Positions 30,901 to 37,829 of a DNA stretch of 64,000 nucleotides are shown here, one piece after another. The first letter of the stretch is position 1, and each line of letters opens with the position of its first letter. Both the position numbers and the translations under genes were made by a program. Below the pieces are notes generated by a model. It saw only the letters and a list, made by a program, of their open reading frames with translations. It was not told the DNA's origin and did not search any database. Source of the stretch: an uncultured delta proteobacterium (lineage in GTDB: Bacteria; Desulfobacterota; Binatia; Binatales; Binataceae); NCBI GenBank assembly GCA_963721485.1, contig CAVRJV010000014.1, positions 1,228,579-1,292,578 on the forward strand, read 5' to 3'.

Positions 30901-31024
30901 CTGCTTGGTCGGCGTAACCTTCAAGCCCAGCGCAGCCGTCGCTGAGTCTGCTTCGATCGCGATCAGCGCCACTCCCGACGCTGCCAGCCCGCACAACATC
31001 AGCCTAACGGGCACAGGCATGTAG
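27986..31024 (+). CDS. secreted PQQ-like beta-propeller protein with PT linker and array of ~5 Ig-like (choice-of-anchor D / HYDIN-type) domains
   Basis: 1012 aa with a signal peptide. The N-terminal ~560 aa carry YRNDNFRTGQN, NVVYIATENDSVYAFDAD and TPVIDSTSGTMYVVSK, typical of PQQ/BamB-like propellers. Then linker PSPTASVSATPSATITSTVTATATPTATPTTS, followed by ~430 aa of repeated Ig-like units each with a C...C pair (G.C....LA....C.L.V.F.P). Confidence 0.7.
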   Translation: MSHQPFRSWPLLVGAALILAVALSTASVVFAGPRALEPGYTGQYLYRNDNFRTGQNLAETVLTPSTVKASQFGLQFTDAIDGYAYAEPLYVPAVSIPGMGTHNVVYIATENDSVYAFDADAPGPPLWQTSFINPQANPPITAVPATDIGCGDLVPIIGITATPVIDSTSGTMYVVSKEKTGPGSYRQRLHALDITTGLERSNSPITITATSPGTASDGNGTTVPFNPLTQLGRPALTLSNGIVYLAFASHCDIDPFHGWVLGYNETSLAQEVVFNTTPNGTNGGIWQSGCGLGVDTNGDLIAMTGDGVFDTGASPQDFGDSFLRLTPNPGATVSMTVTSSFTPLNELILEDQDLDMGSGGNLLLPDQPGPYPHLMIGVGKSGSIYLVNRDNMGGFNASQDMMVQEILLYIDGIFSTPAYWQGNVPGVGLQNMVYMIPAGGFPDTFVLSNGMIQTPPAASATNYRFGFPGASPMISANGTTGGVLWAIDSSAYKTSGPAILRAFDPTNLSSEFYDSNMFSSDNPGPAVKFSVPTIANGSVYVGTETQLAVFGLFPGGARPSPTASVSATPSATITSTVTATATPTATPTTSMAVTGSLAFGNVAVGQTPTRNITVYNVGATYPLVISSATPSDPEYILSGAGTCGSIPITLAHGTNCTLGISFAPTAIGAHNASLMLTDNAATNPQHVSLTGAGIAGLTLTSSHLTFGSVTFGLTGVAALAVINYQTQPVTLSESFSGANPSDFSITGGTCTNTLAANTACSLTVTFKPGVLGTESATMSITDTPDPLGPYTVALSTGPTIPDSEPYTTMAFGNVVQSSTRTFSFLNVTNSSRFPLTLGEAISGPNAADFAVTQVLSCAGNTACAIPVSFTPSGETFQSATMTITVGNDPTSPHVVALTGTGTTPILLSPASTLAFGTVTRPNWKAMTITVVNQGVATLTLPTPMLSGANTADFSLTTAAAKPCGATLAGGAYCLVGVTFKPSAAVAESASIAISATPDAASPHNISLTGTGM
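29729..31024 (+). repeat. arm A of a 1.3-kb inverted coding repeat (Ig-module array)
   Basis: Encodes TPTATPTTSMAVTGSLAFGNVAVGQTPTRNITVYNVGAT...SPHNISLTGTGM. This is colinear with the C-terminal 431 aa of the minus-strand gene 36537..41186. By eye about four-fifths of residues and ~80% of nt are identical, with one 1-codon indel. Confidence 0.85.
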
Positions 31025-31095
31025 CCGTTCATCGAAACCGTAGGAAAGAGAGAAAAATCGAACCTAGTCGAGCCATTCGACGCTAGCGTGTTAAT

Positions 31096-34000
31096 TTGCT
31101 AGTCAAAGAACTGCTAGTACAATATGATATGATTTCTATGCTCCGAGTTAAGAGGGGGTCTTGGACTATAGCGATCGTCCTGATCGCTGGACTGCTTGCG
31201 TGCATCCTGCCTATCTCGACGCGGGCGCTTTCTGCCGAAACGTCCGCGACGGCTCAAATCACCGACCCGATCGACGACAATGACGTGATCGCGGTGCCCG
31301 GGAATGTCCGGCCCGAAGCGACCGCCGCCAACGATCTCGGCCGGGTGACCGACGACTTTCCGCTGGACCATCTGCTGCTTCAATTGCGGCGCTCGCCGAA
31401 AAGAGAGCGGGAGCTGGATCGATTGCTGGGCGAGCTCGAAGACGCCAGTTCGCCGAACTACCACCATTGGCTGAGCGCGCAGGAGTTCGGCAATCGTTTC
31501 GGCGCGAGCCCACAAGACATCAACACGATTAGCGCGTGGCTCCGAGCACATCGGTTCCGCGTGAACTACGTTTATCCGAGCGCGATGCTGATCGATTTTT
31601 CAGGCACCGCCGGGTCAGTGCGCGAGGCTTTCCACACCGAGATTCATTCCCTGTCGGTGAACGGCAAAATCCATTTCGCCAATATGAGCGACCCAGCTAT
31701 TCCGGCCGCGCTCGCGCCGGCGCTGGCGGGAGTGGTATCGCTCAACGACTTCCGGCCGCATCCGATGTATCGGCGGCGCGCGGATTACACGACCAGCAGC
31801 GGTTACCAGTTGATGGTGCCGGCCGACCTGGCGACCATCTACAACTTCAATCCGATCTTCGCGGCCGGCTACTCGGGGATCGGGCAGACGATCGTCACGG
31901 TCGAAGACACGAATCTTTACACCACTGCTGACTGGACGAAATTCCGCAGCGTGATGGGCCTCAGCACCGCATATCCGTCAGGTACTCTGACGCAGGTTCA
32001 TCCGACGGGAACCGGGGGCACTTGCACGAACCCCAACGTTAACGCCGACGATGGCGAAGCGGCGATCGATGTCGAATGGGCCAGTGCGGCGGCGCCCAAC
32101 GCTGCGATCGAGCTGGCGTCGTGCGCCGACACGAGCACAAACTTCGGCGGATTTATCGCGTTGCAAAACCTGCTCAGCGAGTCGAGCAAGCCGCCCGCGG
32201 TTGTGAGTATCAGCTATGGCGAGGCCGAGGCGTCGCTGGGTGCGACCTTCAACATGTACATCAGCGGGCTCTACCAGCAGGCGGTGGCCGAGGGCGTATC
32301 GGTATTCGTGTCGTCGGGCGACGAGGGCGCGGCCAGCGCCGACGCGAATACGGCCACGGCGACTCACGGCGTAGCGGTGAGCGGATTCACCTCGACGCCT
32401 TACAACGTGTCGGTGGGTGGCACCGATTTCGGCGACACTTACGCGGGCACGGCGGGCAGCTACTGGGGAACGACCAACGGCTCGACCTACGGATCGGCGC
32501 TGTCCTATGTTCCGGAAATTCCCTGGAATGACTCGTGCGCGAGTGAACTGTTCTCGACGTATGCCGGCTATGCCTCGCCTTTCGGAAGCGCGGGTTTCTG
32601 CAACAGCACGCTGGCCGAGTTGTATTACCTGGACACCTCGGCGGGAAGCGGCGGGCCGAGCGGATGCGCCACGGGGGCACCGTCTACCGCCAACGTCGTG
32701 AGCGGAAGCTGCGCCGGCTACCCCAAGCCGACGTGGCAATCGATTCTTGGAAATCCCGCCGATGGAGTGCGCGACATTCCCAACGTCTCGCTGTTCGCGG
32801 CCAACGGATTGTGGAACCACTACTACGTCGTCTGCTATTCGGACACGGCCAATGGCGGCGCGTCGTGCGCGGGAGCGCCGGATACGTGGGCGGGATTCGG
32901 TGGAACGTCGATCTCGTCGCCGATAATGGCGGGCATCCAGGCACTCATCAATCAGCGCACAGCGAGCCGGCAAGGAAACCCGAATCCAACTTACTATTCG
33001 ATAGCCGCGGCGGAGTACGGCGCCGGCGGCGATGCGGCATGCAATTCGAGCCTCGGCAACGCCGTCAATTCGTCGTGCACCTTCTATGACGTGACGATCG
33101 GCGACATGGACGTCGATTGCACAGGCAGCAACAACTGCTATTTGCCGTCGGGCACGTACGGAGGCCTGTCAACGTCGGATTCGGTACTTCAGACGGCATT
33201 CGCGGCAGGAGTCGGCTGGGATTTCGCGACCGGCATCGGCACCGTCAATGCGAACAACCTGGTAGTCGCATTTGGGCCGCCTGTCGCCACCGCCACGCCC
33301 ACGTCCTCTGCAACAGCGACACATACGGCCACGGCGACGGCGACGCGCACCGCAACTCCAACCGCGACGAGAACCGCCACTGCCACGGCGACAGCTACCA
33401 GCACCGCAACGTCCACGGCAACTTCGACAGCTACGGCGACTCCGACAGCTACGGCGACTCCGACGGCTACCGCCACGGCCACTCAGACTCCAACTGCGAC
33501 CGGCACCTCGACCGCAACTGCCACTTCAACTCAGACGGCTACCTCGACGGCCACAGCAACGATTACGGCAACTCCGACGGCTACGGCGACGCAGACTGCG
33601 ACCGCGACCTCGACAGCAACGGCGACCTCAACTCAAACGGCAACCTCGACAGGCACCGCGACCTCTACGAGTACTCAAACCGCGACTCCGGCTGCCACGG
33701 CGACAGCTACTGCGACGGCGACAGCTACTGGTACTAGCACCTCGACTCCCACCGCGACGACGACCGCAACAGCTAGCGCAACTTCGACGGCGACGGCCAC
33801 ATCAACTCAGACGGCGACCTCGACTCCTACAGCGACAGCAACGAGTACTCAGACCGCAACTCCCACCGCAACTGCGACAGCGACGTCGACTGCAACCGCC
33901 ACTCAGACCGCAACCGTAACTCCGACGGCCACTTCGACCGCAACCGCAACCGCAACCTCAACCGGGACAGCAACGCCGACAGCTACCGGCACCGCAACGT

Positions 34001-35769
34001 CTTCTGCAACTGCCACGGCCACAGCGACTCAGACCGCGACCGCCACTGTGACTGCGACACCGACAGCCGCGGCGACTGCGACAGCGACCGCAACCGTAAC
34101 CGCGACGCTTACGCCTACAGCGACCGGGACGGCGACCCCTAGCGCAACCCCGTCACCAACTTCGCCGGCGTTGGATGGAACGCCGACCAAAGGTCCGATC
34201 ACAAACGCCAGCTCGTTTACCACTAACTATCCTGGCGGTATCAGCGCGGGAGACTGTTGCATCATCCAGTACTGCGGCAGCTATTCATTGTCGACCGCGT
34301 CCGGCTGCGCCGCCAGCGGTTCTGGCTGGAACGTGTACAACATGGGGGCGTGGAACAGCACATACGAAGCTCAGCTTCTCACCCATGTCTACTCCGGCAG
34401 CGGCGACACGGCCCCGACCTGCAACTTTACCACGGGCCGTTATGGCGCGTGGGACATGACCTGCTACAAAAATTCAAATGCATGCATCTTTGGAGCAGGG
34501 CCGACAGCTCAAGTCGGCTCGGCCAGCAAGGTCGTCTCCGGGCCGGGACTCACAAACGCCCTCACCGGTGACGCGCATCTGTTCTTTACCTGCGCGTACA
34601 CCCAGCCGACCTTCAGCAACTATAACGACAACCTTGTCCAGGAAGTCACGCAGACTGAAACCTATGCCAGCGTAGCGGAAGCAGACTCGATCTTTGCCAG
34701 CTCAGGGGCCCAGCCCGCAGCGCAAGCGACCATCAGTTCCAGCCTCGCGAATATCGGCATCGAGGCCGACCTCCGCTCGTCAGCCGTCAACATGGCGACT
34801 GCGACGCCAACCGTCACAGCGACATCGACTGCAACCGCCACTCAGACCGCAACCGTAACTCCGACGGCCACTTCGACCGCAACCGCAACCGCAACCTCAA
34901 CCGGGACAGCAACGCCGACAGCTACCGGCACCGCAACGTCTTCTGCAACTGCCACGGCCACAGCGACTCAGACCGCGACCGCCACTGTGACTGCGACACC
35001 GACAGCCGCGGCGACTGCGACAGCGACCGCAACCGTAACCGCGACGCTTACGCCTACAGCGACCGGGACGGCGACCCCTAGCGCAACCCCGTCACCAACT
35101 TCGCCGGCGTTGGATGGAACGCCGACCAAAGGTCCGATCACAAACGCCAGCTCGTTTACCACTAACTATCCTGGCGGTATCAGCGCGGGAGACTGTTGCA
35201 TCATCCAGTACTGCGGCAGCTATTCATTGTCGACCGCGTCCGGCTGCGCCGCCAGCGGTTCTGGCTGGAACGTGTACAACATGGGGGCGTGGAACAGCAC
35301 ATACGAAGCTCAGCTTCTCACCCATGTCTACTCCGGCAGCGGCGACACGGCCCCGACCTGCAACTTTACCACGGGCCGTTATGGCGCGTGGGACATGACC
35401 TGCTACAAAAATTCAAATGCATGCATCTTTGGAGCAGGGCCGACAGCTCAAGTCGGCTCGGCCAGCAAGGTCGTCTCCGGGCCGGGACTCACAAACGCCC
35501 TCACCGGTGACGCGCATCTGTTCTTTACCTGCGCGTACACCCAGCCGACCTTCAGCAACTATAACGACAACCTTGTCCAGGAAGTCACGCAGACTGAAAC
35601 CTATGCCAGCGTAGCGGAAGCAGACTCGATCTTTGCCAGCTCAGGGGCCCAGCCCGCAGCGCAAGCGACCATCAGTTCCAGCCTCGCGAATATCGGCATC
35701 GAGGCCGACCTCCGCTCGTCAGCCGTCAACATGGCGACTGCGACGCCGACCGCCACTGCTACGCCCTGA
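31096..35769 (+). CDS. secreted S53 sedolisin/kumamolisin-type serine-carboxyl peptidase with giant Thr/Ala linker and duplicated C-terminal Cys-rich domain of unknown function
   Basis: Probable start is ATG 31129 (MISMLRVKRGSWTIAIVLIAGLLACIL). Pro-kumamolisin activation-domain pattern (YHHWLSAQEFGNRFGAS..DI..ISAWLRAH.F.V). S53 motifs GEAAIDVEWASAAAP, VVSISYGEAE, VFVSSGDEGA, GFGGTSISSPIMAG. Then ~290 aa of TA/TP/TS repeats, and two copies of (98-aa linker + 215-aa domain). Confidence 0.85.
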   Translation: MLVKELLVQYDMISMLRVKRGSWTIAIVLIAGLLACILPISTRALSAETSATAQITDPIDDNDVIAVPGNVRPEATAANDLGRVTDDFPLDHLLLQLRRSPKRERELDRLLGELEDASSPNYHHWLSAQEFGNRFGASPQDINTISAWLRAHRFRVNYVYPSAMLIDFSGTAGSVREAFHTEIHSLSVNGKIHFANMSDPAIPAALAPALAGVVSLNDFRPHPMYRRRADYTTSSGYQLMVPADLATIYNFNPIFAAGYSGIGQTIVTVEDTNLYTTADWTKFRSVMGLSTAYPSGTLTQVHPTGTGGTCTNPNVNADDGEAAIDVEWASAAAPNAAIELASCADTSTNFGGFIALQNLLSESSKPPAVVSISYGEAEASLGATFNMYISGLYQQAVAEGVSVFVSSGDEGAASADANTATATHGVAVSGFTSTPYNVSVGGTDFGDTYAGTAGSYWGTTNGSTYGSALSYVPEIPWNDSCASELFSTYAGYASPFGSAGFCNSTLAELYYLDTSAGSGGPSGCATGAPSTANVVSGSCAGYPKPTWQSILGNPADGVRDIPNVSLFAANGLWNHYYVVCYSDTANGGASCAGAPDTWAGFGGTSISSPIMAGIQALINQRTASRQGNPNPTYYSIAAAEYGAGGDAACNSSLGNAVNSSCTFYDVTIGDMDVDCTGSNNCYLPSGTYGGLSTSDSVLQTAFAAGVGWDFATGIGTVNANNLVVAFGPPVATATPTSSATATHTATATATRTATPTATRTATATATATSTATSTATSTATATPTATATPTATATATQTPTATGTSTATATSTQTATSTATATITATPTATATQTATATSTATATSTQTATSTGTATSTSTQTATPAATATATATATATGTSTSTPTATTTATASATSTATATSTQTATSTPTATATSTQTATPTATATATSTATATQTATVTPTATSTATATATSTGTATPTATGTATSSATATATATQTATATVTATPTAAATATATATVTATLTPTATGTATPSATPSPTSPALDGTPTKGPITNASSFTTNYPGGISAGDCCIIQYCGSYSLSTASGCAASGSGWNVYNMGAWNSTYEAQLLTHVYSGSGDTAPTCNFTTGRYGAWDMTCYKNSNACIFGAGPTAQVGSASKVVSGPGLTNALTGDAHLFFTCAYTQPTFSNYNDNLVQEVTQTETYASVAEADSIFASSGAQPAAQATISSSLANIGIEADLRSSAVNMATATPTVTATSTATATQTATVTPTATSTATATATSTGTATPTATGTATSSATATATATQTATATVTATPTAAATATATATVTATLTPTATGTATPSATPSPTSPALDGTPTKGPITNASSFTTNYPGGISAGDCCIIQYCGSYSLSTASGCAASGSGWNVYNMGAWNSTYEAQLLTHVYSGSGDTAPTCNFTTGRYGAWDMTCYKNSNACIFGAGPTAQVGSASKVVSGPGLTNALTGDAHLFFTCAYTQPTFSNYNDNLVQEVTQTETYASVAEADSIFASSGAQPAAQATISSSLANIGIEADLRSSAVNMATATPTATATP
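33886..35747 (+). repeat. perfect tandem duplication, period 939 bp (2 units)
   Basis: 33886-34808 is identical base for base to 34825-35747 (923 bp, no mismatch seen). Flanks stay similar for ~10-15 nt more. This is reflected in the duplicated shadow ORFs offset by exactly 939 (34029/34968, 34175/35114, 34257/35196, 34478/35417). Confidence 0.9.
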
Positions 35770-35834
35770 GGTGGTGGCTGGAGTCTTGGGGCAGAGCCAT
35801 GTCTTAGCTCGTCCCACCGTCACGAACAGGCTTG

Positions 35835-36210
35835 TCAATTCACGTTGTGGCGCGTCGAATGATCGAAATTAATTGTCGCCGTCCGGCCGATTGCGCATAC
35901 CAGTCCGACCCCGCCGCAACCCACGCCGCTCAGTACCGCCGCCACTTCAGGATCATTTTTAAAGCGCGCGTACAGCAGTCCGAGGACGAATACGGCAATG
36001 GCGCCGGGAAGTGTTATGCGGGCAACCGCGGCGGTCGATCCTGACACTCCGCGCAGGCGGCCGCCGACAATCACACTGACATTGGTACAGATCAGGCCGA
36101 GGACGGTTCGTCCGATCTCCAAAGCCGACAGGAAGTGATCGTCGTCGAACCAGTTCTGAGGGGTGACCAGGTGCTGCTGCAGATACGCGAATCGACGACG
36201 TCGGTTTCTA
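35835..36210 (-). pseudogene. chromate-transporter (CHR family) N-terminal fragment
   Basis: The open frame without ATG reads RRRRFAYLQQHLVTPQNWFDDDHFLSALEIGRTVLGLICTNVSVIVGGRLRGVSGSTAAVARITLPGAIAVFVLGLLYARF. This resembles the N-terminal half-domain of ChrA. It ends after ~125 aa and is isolated between two giant genes. Confidence 0.4.
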
Positions 36211-36482
36211 TCACCGATTGGCGGTAACGAAGAAATAGCGGCTCAAGGCAAGCGTTAACAAATTCCGTTCCAAGATAAGGTTTCTTCTCCAGCCTTCACT
36301 CAGCTTCCGCGTTTTTAAGAGACAATCACAGAACTCGTTTGGCTCGAAGGAAGCGACGCTGCTCGCCTGCGCACTTTTGCCTGGTTTGGCTAGTTCCGGC
36401 ACCAGGTTGGCACGAATCCCGCCAGTATGGTTACCGCTTACGCTCGACACCGGAAAGACTCGAACGTGCGAAAGGATATTGA

Positions 36483-36517
36483 ACCGCCGGAGCGATTGAT
36501 TCGCTCCGGCGGTTTTC
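36483..36517 (-). terminator. strong GC hairpin, likely (bidirectional) intrinsic terminator
   Basis: accgccggagcg-attgatt-cgctccggcggt is a perfect 12-bp stem, followed by TTTT on the + strand. It starts 23 nt downstream of the stop of the minus-strand gene 36537..41186. The minus-strand trailing tract is TTCAATATCCTTT. Confidence 0.5.
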
Positions 36518-36536
36518 GTCATCTGGATTGTAGAGC

Positions 36537-37829
36537 CTACTCCCCAGTGCCCGTCAGGCTCACATTGTGCGGGCTCGCCGCGTCGGGACTGACGCTAATC
36601 GCCACCGACGCTGACTCCGCAGTCGCCAGGCTCGGCTTGAAGGTCACACCGACCAGGCAATAGCCGCCGCCGGCCAACGTCGCGCCGCAGGGCTTGGCGG
36701 GAGCGGTGGTAAGTGAGAAATCAGCGGCGTTGGTACCGCCGATCACCGGAGTCGGCAGCGTGAGCGTCGCCGCGCCGAGATTCACCACCGTGATGGTCAG
36801 AGCCTTCGATTTGGTCGCCACCGTCCCGAACGCCAGCGTCGAGGCCGGGCTCAGTATGATCGGCGTCGTTCCCGTCCCGGTTAGCGTGACCACATGCGGG
36901 CTCGTCGGATCGTTGCTGACATTGATTGTCAACGTGGCGCTCTCGGCCGTCTCAGTGCTGGGCGTGAAGCTTACTGGAATAGCGCAGGCCGTGTTGGCGG
37001 CGCACGAGGTGACAGAGGTCACGGCGAAGTCCGCGGCATTGGGCCCCGTGATACCTTCGCTCAGCGTCAGCGGGAACGGCGATGAATTGGTCACCGTCAA
37101 ATAGGTGAACGTCCTGGTCGACGACTGCCAGAGGTCGCCAAATGCCATCGTGGTGTACGGCTCGGTATCCGGAATCGTCGGCCCCGTGCTGAGCGCGACC
37201 GTGTAGGGACCCAGCGGATCGGGAGTGTCGGTGATAGACATCGTCGCCGATTCTGTCCCCAGCGCTCCCGGCTTGAAGGTCACGATCAGGCTGCATGCGC
37301 TGTCAGCGGCCAGCGTGCTCGTGCAGGTGCCACCAGTGACTGAAAAGTCGGCCGGGTTGGCGCCGCTGAAGGCTTCGCTGAGAGACACCGGCTGCGTCTG
37401 ATAGTTGATTACGGCCAGCGCCGCTATCCCCGTGAGGCCGAACCTCACGCTGCCGTAAGTGAGATGGCTGCTCGTGAGTACCAGACCCGCGATCCCGGCG
37501 CCGGTGAGCGTTACTGACTGCGGGCTGGTCGTGGCGTTATCGGTGAGTGCCAGTGTCGCGTCGTGCGCGCCGATAGAGGTGGGCGCAAACGTCACTCCCA
37601 GCGTGCAATTCGTTCCGTGTGCGATCGTGATCGGTATCGGTCCGCACGTACCGGTGCCGCTCAGGGTATATTCCGGATCGGACAGCACCGCGCTTGAGAT
37701 GAGCAGCGGATGCGTCGCTCCGACATTATAGACCGTTATATTCTTGGTCGGCGTCTGCCCAACGGCCACATTGGCGAATGCGAGCGACGCCGTAACTGCC
37801 ATCGAGGTAGTCGGCGTTGCAGTGGGCGT
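36537..37829 (-). repeat. arm B of the 1.3-kb inverted coding repeat
   Basis: Encodes TPTATPTTSMAVTASLAFANVAVGQTPTKNITVYNVGAT...SPHNVSLTGTGE. See arm A at 29729..31024. Confidence 0.85.

Noticed and set aside
33272-33919. Arg/Pro- or Arg/Gly-rich ORFs in alternative frames of the linkers (33272..33919, 37710..38366, 60571..61260, 60755..60997).
   Set aside because: Frame-shifted readings of the same repeats. The composition is what an off-frame translation of ACNGCN arrays produces.
29729-37829. Idea that the inverted 1.3-kb repeat is a diversity-generating retroelement template/variable pair.
   Set aside because: No reverse transcriptase gene is in the window. The arms are ten times longer than DGR repeats, and the sampled differences involve all four bases rather than adenine-specific substitutions.
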